This document shows, in pieces, positions 53,318-62,693 of a stretch of DNA of 64,000 nt. The number at the start of each line of letters is the position of its first letter. Positions within the stretch are counted from its first letter, which is position 1. Under the pieces are notes generated by a model. That model saw only the letters and a list, made by a program, of their open reading frames with translations, made no database searches and was not told the DNA's origin. Position numbers and translations under genes: made by a program. The DNA is from Vulcanimicrobiota bacterium (lineage in GTDB: Bacteria > Vulcanimicrobiota > Vulcanimicrobiia > Vulcanimicrobiales > Vulcanimicrobiaceae). Location of the stretch: assembly GCA_963833095.1 (NCBI GenBank), contig CAWHWQ010000001.1, positions 128,001 to 192,000 of the forward strand, read 5' to 3'.

Positions 53318-54246
53318 ACTTTCACGGAATCCGGGGCCTCATCGAAAAGGGCTTGGGTGAATTCGGCGGCGACAAATGGGCGCAGGGCATCGGGAGTCTC
53401 GCCCAGGCCGATGAATTTGATCGGAATCTCCAGCGTGTCGACAATGGCCACGAGCACGCCGCCCTTTGCCGTCGAATCGAGTTTGGTGACCACGACGCCC
53501 GTGAGCTGCGTCGTTTCATTAAAGAGCCGCGCCTGCGAAATCGCGTTCTGCCCGGTCGTGCCGTCGAGCACCAGTAACGTTTCATCGGGCGCGCGACCAA
53601 GTTCGCGCTCGATCACGCGGCGAACTTTTTTGAGTTCTTCCATCAAATTCGTTTTGGTTTGCAGCCGCCCGGCGGTGTCGACCAAGATCACATCGACGCC
53701 GCGCGCTTTTCCGGCTTTGATGCCGTCGAAGATCACCGAGGCGGGGTCGGCGCCTTCGGCACCACGCACGATCTCACTCTTGGAGCGATCGGCCCAAATC
53801 GCCAATTGTTCGGCGGCTGCGGCGCGGAATGTATCCCCGGCGACCAAGAGCACGCGTTTGCCTTCGGCGCGAAGTCGCGTTGCGAGCTTGCCGATCGTCG
53901 TCGTCTTGCCGCTCCCGTTCACGCCGACGACAAGAACCACCGACGGCGGATCGCTGCTCAGTTGTAACTCTGCGCCGGGAATCGTCAAAAACTTTTCGAC
54001 GTCGCGGTGGAATCGCGCAACCGCCTGATCGGTCGTAGCCCAGGCCTCTTGCTTGGCAACGGTCTTGAGGCCCTCGATGATCTTAGCCGTCGTCGGAACC
54101 CCGAAGTCGCCCATGATGAGCAGCTCCTCGAGGTCGTCCCAAAACTCCGGCGTGAGCGGCTTGCGGGCGAGGCCCAGGTTCTGTACCGCGGCGAAGGTGT
54201 CGCGGGCCTTGCCAAGGGACGCCTTGAGTCGTTGAAACCAGCTCAC
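53314..54246 (-). CDS. ftsY: SRP receptor FtsY
   Basis: GVNGSGKTTTIGKL, DTFRAAA, DTAGRL, TKLDSTAKGG. Confidence 0.98.
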   Translation of the reverse strand: MSWFQRLKASLGKARDTFAAVQNLGLARKPLTPEFWDDLEELLIMGDFGVPTTAKIIEGLKTVAKQEAWATTDQAVARFHRDVEKFLTIPGAELQLSSDPPSVVLVVGVNGSGKTTTIGKLATRLRAEGKRVLLVAGDTFRAAAAEQLAIWADRSKSEIVRGAEGADPASVIFDGIKAGKARGVDVILVDTAGRLQTKTNLMEELKKVRRVIERELGRAPDETLLVLDGTTGQNAISQARLFNETTQLTGVVVTKLDSTAKGGVLVAIVDTLEIPIKFIGLGETPDALRPFVAAEFTQALFDEAPDSVKV

Positions 54247-54302
54247 GGACCCTTTCCTTTCCTACCCAAGCATCGAACTCCTGTTCGCTAGTGCCAGCAT
54301 TT

Positions 54303-54826
54303 TTGTCACCCTGAGGTGCAAGCCCGCTAGGGCGAGCCTCGAAGGGTCGACCCCGGAGAGGTGGTCATTGCAGTTTACGCTTCGCCCTCAGCCTTCTGCG
54401 GTGTGGCCAACTAGCAACGACCTGAAACGCCGCCGACAATAAAGTCGGACAATGCCAGCAGTAAGATACGCACTACTTTCGTGCGTGACGACGGCAATCG
54501 ATCGTGATTTTTCTTTGGGACATTTCCCACCGATCAGCGTACCAGCCAAGCCGGCCGCCGACTACAGCATTCCCGTTATAACATAAGAGCGTTTCAGGTT
54601 GGTAAGCCGTCCCGTCGAACACGTCGTCGCTATACACCGATAAATCAGACGATGATGCTTGGAACGAGAGAATGATCAGAACGGGCCGCTATGAGACTCG
54701 TTGCCACACCGAGCACGCCCGACCACTTCTTAACGACCACTACGAAACTATCTCGAAACATTTGATCGCCTTCACTCCGCAACACCCTTCGAGGCTCGCG
54801 CTAACGCGCGCACCTCAGTGTGACAA
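54303..54826. mobile_element. Cassette bounded by ~45-bp TTGTCA...TGACAA inverted repeats (family A)
   Basis: Arms 54303-54347 and 54784-54826, including a perfect 16 bp and a 16/17 bp segment. Confidence 0.75.
54361..54740 (-). ncRNA. Candidate multi-stem structured RNA of unknown family
   Basis: Nested stems 54361-69/54732-40, 54399-407/54703-11, 54420-30/54589-99 plus inner hairpins; G-U pairs favour minus strand. Confidence 0.4.
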
Positions 54827-54837
54827 GTTGCGGTGCT

Positions 54838-54873
54838 CCCTCGACTACGCTTCGCTACGCTCGGGATCACAAG
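54838..54873 (+). repeat. Solo family A arm
   Basis: 34/36 identical to 11840-11875 in dnaE2. Confidence 0.85.
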
Positions 54874-54874
54874 G

Positions 54875-55378
54875 TTAGGCAACGGGGTCCAGGCCCGTGA
54901 TGCTGGAGGCCTCCATCTTTACCCACTGCGGGGCGGCGCCGTCGACCCGCACCGGATACTCGAAAGTGACGTTGGGCTGCCCGATTTGATCGCGCATGAT
55001 ATCGGCCAACCGTCCTTCGATGAACACGCGCCGGCCCGCCCCGAACGGTGCGTGTCCAGGCGCGAAGTGAATCTCGAAGACGGCTGCCGAGGCCGAAAAC
55101 GCGTGCACGCTCCCGCCGAAACAATCGTGCACCGCCATCTTGAGCGCAGCGACGATTTGCGAGAAGAGCGTGTCATCGACGCGCGCGTGGCGTTCGTCAA
55201 AGCAGCGTTCGCGATCGATCACGTAGCGCGTCGGCTCGACGCCGTCGATGAATTCGACCCTAAACTGACGACCTGAGATGTGCATCTCGAGGTTCCCGCC
55301 CATTTTGGTCAAGCGCACTTCGCGAATCCAGTCCTTGTGATCGCGCATCGTCTTGGAAAGCCAGTTCTTCTTCCACAC
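54875..55378 (-). CDS. Hypothetical protein
   Basis: 167-aa ORF starting 2 nt after the upstream gene; no recognised motif. Confidence 0.65.
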   Translation of the reverse strand: MWKKNWLSKTMRDHKDWIREVRLTKMGGNLEMHISGRQFRVEFIDGVEPTRYVIDRERCFDERHARVDDTLFSQIVAALKMAVHDCFGGSVHAFSASAAVFEIHFAPGHAPFGAGRRVFIEGRLADIMRDQIGQPNVTFEYPVRVDGAAPQWVKMEASSITGLDPVA

Positions 55379-55380
55379 GG

Positions 55381-55686
55381 TTAACCGGTGCGCTCCCGAA
55401 AGGCGGCATCGACCCGATAGACATACGCGAGCACTTCGGCCACCACGCTGTAGAGTTCACGCGGAATGCTGTCCGTCACGTTGAGGCGCGCCAGCGCTTC
55501 GACCAGCCCGGCATCTTCGTAGAGCGGGATACCGCGCTCTTTGGCGATGCGCACGATCGTTTCGGCCGTGATACCGCGTCCGACCGCAACGACCTCGGGC
55601 GGATCCGAGCCGAGCGGATCCCACTTCAGCGCAGCCGCCGCCGGCCGCTTGAACACCGATTTGCGAAAATCGAAAAAACGGCTCAT
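55381..55686 (-). CDS. FlhB C-terminal-like protein (FlhX/YlqH; EscU/YscU/HrcU family)
   Basis: AAALKW, PEVVAVGRG, IPRELYSVVAEVLAY; no NPTH. Confidence 0.88.
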   Translation of the reverse strand: MSRFFDFRKSVFKRPAAAALKWDPLGSDPPEVVAVGRGITAETIVRIAKERGIPLYEDAGLVEALARLNVTDSIPRELYSVVAEVLAYVYRVDAAFRERTG

Positions 55687-57563
55687 GCGCGTGTATCCCA
55701 GAACGATTTTCGCTCCCCAGATGCCGGCGATTGCGCGGCTTCTGACGCGGATGCGACACTACCCGATGGCGACGCGACGCCGGCACCGATCGAGGAGATG
55801 CGGTAGCGCAGTCCTTCCAGGCGTGAACGCAGGTCGTTCAATGTCGTGCGGAAACGATCGGCGGCCAGGGTGGCCTGCGTCTTCACGTCCACGCTCACCG
55901 CGCGACCAACGGTCTGCACGTCGATCGCGACGGTTCCCAGCGACTTGGTATCGAGGATGAAGGCGATGTGAAAATTATCGGCATCCATCGCATTCTTACC
56001 GTTTGGCGCATCGCGTGAAATACGCAGCTGCACAGGTTCGCCGCCTTCGTAGAAATAGGCCGGGAGCGGAATAGCAATGGTTCGAGGATCGTTGCTCTGC
56101 GACGAAAGCACATTGAGCTGCAGCGCGGTCGTCGCGGTAAGCGCGTCGCGCAGCGCACCGGCGATCTGCGGCGAGCCGTCGCGCGACGCTGACGTAATCA
56201 TCGCAAGGATCGCCGACTTCACGTCATACTCCATGGCCGCAGCGCGTTCGGCCGCCTGCGCCGCGGCGTTGACCCCCGCCGGCGTGACCGGTTGCGCGCT
56301 CTGCGCCAACGCCTGCGCTTGTGACTGCGCTTGCGCGGGCGTTTGCGACGGAGCATCCGCCGGAGCATCCGCGGGTGGTTCAGTCTGTGCGAGCGTGTTC
56401 CACGCAGCGACGCTCTGCACGATCTTCGATTCGGCGCCGTCGAGCACGTCGGAAACAAATGTTGCGAACTGCTCGGGCAGAGCGCGCGGGTTGCGCAGAT
56501 CGAAGCGCGCAACGAATGCCAGCATCGAACGCAGTGCGCCAGCGCTATCCGGCGCGATTCGTGCAAGCAGGCCTTCGAGCCGTTCGTATGACGCGGTGAC
56601 GCTCTGCGTCGCCGTGTTGACGGTCCGCGCTGCCGCGAGTGTGGGCGGAGTGATCGGCACGCCGAGGCGTGTTAACAGTTCGCCTTCGGGCGTCGACGGC
56701 GTCGCTTGGGCGGGCGCGGGTGCTTGCGGCGAAGCCGGGAGGTTCGACGCGGGCGCAACGATGGGCGGCGCCACCGGAAAGCGCGGACTCTGCGGTGCGG
56801 CGTTGACTGCAGCCGCCGATGGCGGCGGAACGCCGCGCGCAGAAGCGGGAAGCGCCTGCGACGACGATGGCGCCGACGGCGGCGCCGGCGCGGCGCTCGC
56901 GCGATTTGCCGCAAGACGCGCCTCGACGTCGTTGCTCGCAATCGCCTCTTCGATTTGCGCGGCGAGTGCGCGCGCATTGGCGGCCAAATTCGGGCGCACC
57001 GACGCGGCGACAAAGACTTCACGCGGCGGAGCAACGTTCGCGGGAGTCGCTGCGGGCGGCGCCGTGGCCCCAGGCGACGGCGGGACAACCGGCGGAAGCA
57101 CCGTCGGCGCGGCCGCGCTTGGCGCGGGCGCAGTCGCCGGGATCGTTTCCGGGGCACTCGGCGCGGGCGCGATTTGGGTGGTCAGCACGGCAGTTTGCGG
57201 AGTGCTGCTTGAAGGCGCAGTCAGCCCGGGGTTGACGGTTGGAATCGGGTTCTGCGGATCGATCGACCCGAGATTGCGAACCGTCACCGTTGAATTGGTA
57301 AAGCCCGTCACTTGTAAGAGCAACGTTTCGCCGGGATTGATGCCGGGCGGAATTTGCGCTGCGACTGTCTGCCCAAGGAACGATAGGAGATCGGTGCCGC
57401 CTTGCGGCGGTAGGACGGTAGCAGCGATCACGTCGCCAACGTTGATTTGTGCTTGGAGGGTCGCGACATCGGCTCCGAGGCTAAGAATTGCCTCGTCCAT
57501 CGCGATTTGCGCGTTGGCGACCGCTTGAGCAGCGAGTGCAGCGAGCGGATCGAGCCCCGACAT
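55683..57563 (-). CDS. Second FliK-like protein (YlqG-like)
   Basis: P/A-rich body; LDTKSLGTVAIDV...LRSRLEGLRY; ends WDTRA; adjacent to FlhX-like gene. Confidence 0.7.
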   Translation of the reverse strand: MSGLDPLAALAAQAVANAQIAMDEAILSLGADVATLQAQINVGDVIAATVLPPQGGTDLLSFLGQTVAAQIPPGINPGETLLLQVTGFTNSTVTVRNLGSIDPQNPIPTVNPGLTAPSSSTPQTAVLTTQIAPAPSAPETIPATAPAPSAAAPTVLPPVVPPSPGATAPPAATPANVAPPREVFVAASVRPNLAANARALAAQIEEAIASNDVEARLAANRASAAPAPPSAPSSSQALPASARGVPPPSAAAVNAAPQSPRFPVAPPIVAPASNLPASPQAPAPAQATPSTPEGELLTRLGVPITPPTLAAARTVNTATQSVTASYERLEGLLARIAPDSAGALRSMLAFVARFDLRNPRALPEQFATFVSDVLDGAESKIVQSVAAWNTLAQTEPPADAPADAPSQTPAQAQSQAQALAQSAQPVTPAGVNAAAQAAERAAAMEYDVKSAILAMITSASRDGSPQIAGALRDALTATTALQLNVLSSQSNDPRTIAIPLPAYFYEGGEPVQLRISRDAPNGKNAMDADNFHIAFILDTKSLGTVAIDVQTVGRAVSVDVKTQATLAADRFRTTLNDLRSRLEGLRYRISSIGAGVASPSGSVASASEAAQSPASGERKSFWDTRA

Positions 57564-57573
57564 CGGTTAGCCT

Positions 57574-57897
57574 TTACGCGGTGAAGTCGATGAAGTGCTC
57601 GCCTTCGCCGGAGAGTCCGAGTGGCGACTCCTGAGCTCCATCGTCGTCTGGACGGCCGTGCCGCTGACCGGGCGTATAGCCGCCGTTATTACTGCCGTCG
57701 GGGTTGGTGCGAAGCGACGTGCGTTCACCGTGCTCGGTCTGTTCGATGGTTTCTTCGCGCTGCTGCAGTTGCGCGGCGAACGCAGTCTGGGCGGCTGCCT
57801 GAGCGGCCTGTGGGGCCTGCTGGGCGACGCTAACCTGGGCCGCGTTTTGCGGGGCGGCCAGGTATGCCAGCTGCAGATCCGCCGGACGGATCGCCAT
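57574..57897 (-). CDS. Hypothetical flagella-associated protein
   Basis: MAIRPADLQ...GEHFIDFTA; downstream of fliA. Confidence 0.7.
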   Translation of the reverse strand: MAIRPADLQLAYLAAPQNAAQVSVAQQAPQAAQAAAQTAFAAQLQQREETIEQTEHGERTSLRTNPDGSNNGGYTPGQRHGRPDDDGAQESPLGLSGEGEHFIDFTA

Positions 57898-57931
57898 GGT
57901 CCGGTATTTCCCCCGGGAGGTCCTTTCTACT

Positions 57932-58765
57932 TTATTTTCGGCCGCTTCGGGGCAGGCGGCGGGCTTCCGCAAATACTTCTGTTTGATCGTCGGGTCGTCT
58001 TCGCGATAGCCAGGTCGTCGCGCAGCTCGCGCAGGCGTTGCGCAAGTGGATCACGGCCTGGGCGTGGATCTGCGAGACCCGCGACTCCGAGACGCCCAGA
58101 GCGCCCTTGATTTCCTTGAGCGTCTGGCCTTCGAAGTAGTAGAGCGGATCACGGTGCGCTCTTGCGGCGGCAGCGCGTCGACCGCGCCGACCAGTCGGCC
58201 CGTGACTTCGCGCGACTCGACCTCGCTCGTGACGTCGTTGCCGTCGTCCTTGAGCGTGTCGACCAGCGGGATCTCGTAGCCGCGTTCGTTGGGCAGAAAC
58301 TCCTCGAGCGAGAGCACCGCGGTGCCGCGAACGCGCTGCATCAGCTGATCGAACTCTCTGCATCGTCAGGCCCAGCCGCGCCGCGACTTCTTCTTCGGTC
58401 GGCGCGCGGCCGAGTCTCGATCTCGAGTTCTTGATAGGTGCGCTCGAGCTCGCGGGCGCGTTGACGCACGGCGCGCGGAACCCAATCGAGCGAGCGCAGG
58501 GCGTCGAGAATAGCGCCGTTGATGCGGGTGATCGCGTACGTCTCGAACTTGACTCCGCGCGCGTCGTCGTACTTTTCGATCGCGTCGATCAAACCGAGAA
58601 TACCGTCGTTGATCAAATCGTTGATCTCGACGTTCGGGGGCAGGTTCACCGAGATTCGACCGGCGACGTACTTGACCAAGATGCAAGTACTTGTGCACGA
58701 TCTCTTCCCGTGAGAGTTCGGCGCCGCCGATAATGTAGCGCCGTGGCTCGCGGCTCAGCCTTCAT
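57932..58765 (-). CDS. fliA: Flagellar sigma factor FliA/SigD/WhiG (frameshifted)
   Basis: [47 protein letters not shown]. Confidence 0.93.
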
Positions 58766-58879
58766 GCATTCCCCGCGGACGCGCAAAGCAGCGCGCCGTG
58801 CCCCGTTATTCACAGTCTGCCTATCGGCCTCCTTGCGCGATCAGTCGGGTCTCGGCAAAGCTCTGTTATCAATATGCGT

Positions 58880-59978
58880 TAAGCCTTCGCGCCGGACGTC
58901 AGCGAGGACCAGAATGCCGCGAGATTTCGTCGAGCGGCGCGACGCGATCGACCAGCCCGGCGACCGCGGCGGCTCGCGGCATTCCGTAGACGACGCACGT
59001 CTTCTCGTCTTGCCCGACCACATAACCGCCGCGCGCTTTAAGACGCTTGAGCCCTTTGACGCCGTCCTGCCCCATGCCGGTCAGGATGACGCCGACCGAA
59101 AGCGGGCCGTACATATTGGCAACTTGCTCGGTCATGAAGTCGACGCTCGGAACATGCAGCGACGAACCGTCGTCGCGGATGCAGTCGACTTCGACCTCAC
59201 CCGTCGCGCGGCGACGCAGCTCGCACCTGCTTGCCCGACGGGATCGACGAGCGCCGTGCCTGTCTCGAGGATCATGCCGTTGGCTGCTTCGAGCACGCGC
59301 ATTTTGCTCTACGCGTTCAGGCGATCGGCAAGCGGGCGCGTGAAGCCGATCGGCATGTGCTGAACGATGACGATCGGCGTCGGGAAGTTTCCGGGAAGAT
59401 CGGCATGACGTGCGAGAGTGCGACCGGACCGCCGGTCGACGTACCGATCGCGACGCATTCGTAGTTTCCGCGTGCGCGACGCGTCGCGCGCAACCGGCGG
59501 CGGCGCGATGATCCGCGGAGCTTGCTCGATCGGCGGCGCGGGCGTCGCACGATCGGTGAGCCGGCTGACGCGCCGCGCCGCGCAAGGTGCGGATTTTGGC
59601 GACCAGATCGCGCGCCACTTCGATGATGTTCGTGTACGCTGCATCCGGTTTCGCGATGAAATCGACCGCGCCGAGTTCGAGCGCGCGGAACGTCGTCTCG
59701 GCGCCCTCGCGCGTGAGCGAACTGCACATGATGATCGGCACGCGATGATGCGCGACGATGTTACGCACGGCTTCGAGACCGCCCATTCCCGGCATCTCGA
59801 CGTCCATCGTGATGACGTCGGGATTGATCTGCTGGGCCTTGGTGATCGCCTCTTCGCCGGTACGCGCGGTGGCGATCACGCGGATGTCCGGCTCGTTTTC
59901 GACAATGTTCGTGATCGCTCGGCGCATGAACGCCGAGTCGTCGACCACCAAGACGTTGATCAATTCCCACGTTGACAT
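58880..59978 (-). CDS. cheB: Chemotaxis methylesterase CheB (frameshifted)
   Basis: VVDDSAFMR, GTSTGGP, VQHMP, PSVD, LTGMGQDG, VYGMP. Confidence 0.95.
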
Positions 59979-60835
59979 CAGCCTTCCGTCGGTAGTAAAT
60001 GGCTTTGGGAGTGATCGACCGGTTGGTATATGTCGGTCACGCGCATGATCGATTCCGCATGCCCAAGGAAAAGAAATCCGCCCGGGCGCAGCGCTCGCGC
60101 AAAGGCCTCGACGACGCGCTTTTGCGTGGGCTTATCGAAATAAATGAGGACGTTGCGGCAAAAGATCGCGTCGAATGTGCCGATCGATGCGACGGCGTGT
60201 TCGTCCATGAGGTTGATGCGCGAAAACTGCACCATGTGCTTGACCTCGTCGTTGATGAAAAAACCGCCTTCAAAAGGGCGGAAGTACTTTTGCACCATCT
60301 CCGGCGGCGTGGCTCGAAAGGACAGTTCGCGATAGAAGCCGGTCGCCGCCTGCTCCAGCGCCCGCGGCGAAAGATCGGTTGCGCGCAAAACCACGTTCGA
60401 CGGCGTGACGCGATGCGTCTGCATGAGCATCATCGCCATAGTGTAGGGTTCTTCGCCGGTCGATGAGGCGGAGGACCAGACTCGCAACGGTGTGCCGGCG
60501 CGTTGAGCCTCGTCGAGAACTTCGGTGACGAGAACCTCGAGCTGCGCGCGCTCGCGGAAGAAATAGGTTTCGTTGTTGGAGAGGACCGACGCCAGTTCGC
60601 TCCACTCGCTTTCCCGGTCCGGCGACGACGTCAGGAAGCGCTGGTAGCCTGCGAAATCGGCGACGCGGCACTTGAGCAGGCGCGTCTGCAAACGGCTTTG
60701 CAGCAAAAACTGCTTGGTGTCGTCGTAATAGATACCAAACCGCTCGCGGATCAAATCGCGCAACGTTTGAAATTCGGTTCCGATATAGCAATAGTCGACA
60801 AGCGATCGTATCCGTACTAGGCCCGGCTTCGCCAT
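59978..60835 (-). CDS. cheR: Chemotaxis methyltransferase CheR
   Basis: NETYFFRE, WSSASSTGEEPY, IFCRNVLIYF, GHAES. Confidence 0.96.
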   Translation of the reverse strand: MAKPGLVRIRSLVDYCYIGTEFQTLRDLIRERFGIYYDDTKQFLLQSRLQTRLLKCRVADFAGYQRFLTSSPDRESEWSELASVLSNNETYFFRERAQLEVLVTEVLDEAQRAGTPLRVWSSASSTGEEPYTMAMMLMQTHRVTPSNVVLRATDLSPRALEQAATGFYRELSFRATPPEMVQKYFRPFEGGFFINDEVKHMVQFSRINLMDEHAVASIGTFDAIFCRNVLIYFDKPTQKRVVEAFARALRPGGFLFLGHAESIMRVTDIYQPVDHSQSHLLPTEG

Positions 60836-62029
60836 CTAGACAAAAGAAGCCCGCGTCGCAAAGCGCAGTGCGTTGAGAGCAAGCGTGAGGCGGTCGAATG
60901 GCGTCCGCTGCACGTCTTCCTTTTGAAGTGCGTCGGCAAACCGTGCGCTTCCCGCGAGCTGATCGAACAGCAGGCCGTAACGCGCGGGGCGCGCCTCGAG
61001 GTAGCGCATCAACCGAACGCGATGTTCGAGCCGCCGCGTAAATCGGCCGCGAAGCCGCTGCGCGTAGAGTTGCGCGGCGCTTTGGGGCGCGGAACGGCGT
61101 TCGCGCACCGCTGCCGCGGCGAGGCGCCCGCTCATCGCTGCTTCGAAGATCCCTTCGCCGTTGGTCGCATCCACAAGGCCGGCAGCCGTGCCGCCAACCA
61201 TCGCGGCGCCGGCCGCAAACTGCGCGCGCGGCCAGCCTCCATAGAGGAGATGTCCTTCTTCCTTAATCCGCTTAACGTTCGCGTTTGCGTAGAGCCGATC
61301 GCGCGTACGCGCCGTGAAGGCGTCGAGCTCTTCGCGCAGACGCTTCCCGTCGAGTTTGCCGACCAGACCCAAACCGATGGCCAGGTGATCGCGCTTGGGA
61401 AACATCCAGGCGACGATTTGGCGCCCATCGGAAGCCGAATAGTAATGAAGCTCGAGCGTGCGATACGCCTCGGGTACCGCCGGACGATCCAGATACACGC
61501 GATATTGCAGCGTCGTCATCAAGCCACCGTTCCAGCGTGGATCGCAAAACGCGCGATCGAAGCGCGCCGTCGCTCCCTGCGCGAAGAACACGTTGCGCGC
61601 GCGAAGACGCCGCCGTTCGCCCGAACGCAAATCGGCGTACTCGACAATCGATCGATCCCCATCCCGTTCGAAGGAACGCCAAAGCGATTGGGTTCGGATG
61701 ACCGCGCCTTCGTGGGCGGCAAGGCGCGCAATCTCTCCGTCGAGTTCTTCGCGCGTCGTCGTGTGACCGGGGCCGAAGAAGATTTCGTACTCGCGCCCTT
61801 GCGGGTCAAAGAGCGCGAGGCGCGGCGTGTCGCAGTGAATCAGTTCGCGCGAAAGATCGAACGTGCTGCAAAAGCCCGGGCGCAATCCCGCAGCGCAGAC
61901 GCGCTTTGCGCCGACGACCGCATCCTTCTCGAGCACCACGGTCTCGACACCGGATCGTGCGGCCTCGCGAGCAGCGGTCGCTCCCGCCGGGCCCGCGCCA
62001 ACGACGAGAAACTCGGTCTCCTCCAGCAT
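60836..62029 (-). CDS. Geranylgeranyl-reductase-family FAD oxidoreductase
   Basis: VVGAGPAG, WMFPK, AAGLVDATNGEGI. Confidence 0.85.
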   Translation of the reverse strand: MLEETEFLVVGAGPAGATAAREAARSGVETVVLEKDAVVGAKRVCAAGLRPGFCSTFDLSRELIHCDTPRLALFDPQGREYEIFFGPGHTTTREELDGEIARLAAHEGAVIRTQSLWRSFERDGDRSIVEYADLRSGERRRLRARNVFFAQGATARFDRAFCDPRWNGGLMTTLQYRVYLDRPAVPEAYRTLELHYYSASDGRQIVAWMFPKRDHLAIGLGLVGKLDGKRLREELDAFTARTRDRLYANANVKRIKEEGHLLYGGWPRAQFAAGAAMVGGTAAGLVDATNGEGIFEAAMSGRLAAAAVRERRSAPQSAAQLYAQRLRGRFTRRLEHRVRLMRYLEARPARYGLLFDQLAGSARFADALQKEDVQRTPFDRLTLALNALRFATRASFV

Positions 62030-62071
62030 GTCGAGGTCCTTGGTTGAGCTTGCGAGAACACCCTGCGCCTC

Positions 62072-62611
62072 ATGAGCCTACCGGATCCCCGTAATTATTT
62101 ACTATTACCGCTGGGGGAGCGCCAACCCGACGAAATCAACGTCGTGGTCGAGATTCCGGAAGGATCGCGAAACAAGTACGAATACGACAAGTCGCTCGAC
62201 ATCTTCCGCCTCGATCGAGCCTTGCATTCGGCAATTCATTATCCCGGCGACTACGGGTTTGCGCCGCAGACGCTCGCGCTGGACGGCGATCCGCTCGACG
62301 TGCTGGTGCTCGCCATCGAGCCGACCTTCCCAGGATGTCTGGTCGCGGCCCGTCCGATTGGGCTGCTCGAGATGGTCGACGGCGACAAACAGGACGACAA
62401 GATTCTCGCCGTCCCGGTCGGCGAGCCGCTCTTCGACGAAGTCCACAACTACTCGCAGATCTTTCCCCATCAACTGCGCAAGATTTCGCACTTTTTCGAA
62501 ACCTACAAAGCGCTTGAAGGGAAGCAGACGCGCGTCGGGTCGTGGCGCGACGCCGCGTCGGCACGCCGGGAGATCACTGAGTCCTACCAGCGCTTCGCGG
62601 AGAAGGACTAG
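62072..62611 (+). CDS. ppa: Soluble inorganic pyrophosphatase (family I)
   Basis: VVEIPEGSRNKYE, YPGDYG, DGDPLDVLV, DDKILAV, FFETYK. Confidence 0.96.
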   Translation: MSLPDPRNYLLLPLGERQPDEINVVVEIPEGSRNKYEYDKSLDIFRLDRALHSAIHYPGDYGFAPQTLALDGDPLDVLVLAIEPTFPGCLVAARPIGLLEMVDGDKQDDKILAVPVGEPLFDEVHNYSQIFPHQLRKISHFFETYKALEGKQTRVGSWRDAASARREITESYQRFAEKD

Positions 62612-62693
62612 GCGGACCATCGCAGTACCGCCCTAGATTAAGCGGCGCCCCTTGGGCGCCGCACTGCTGCTTCCTCAAGGACCTATACGTTAC

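Noticed and set aside
54361..54740. SRP RNA (given ftsY), RNase P RNA, tmRNA or group I/II intron
   Set aside because: Their diagnostic conserved motifs were not found on either strand
54672..54878. Plus-strand 68-aa ORF
   Set aside because: Largely read-through of repeat arms; no coding signal
56077..57528. Long antisense ORFs (also 44351..45874, 47739..48758, 60923..62047)
   Set aside because: Shadow frames of real high-GC genes
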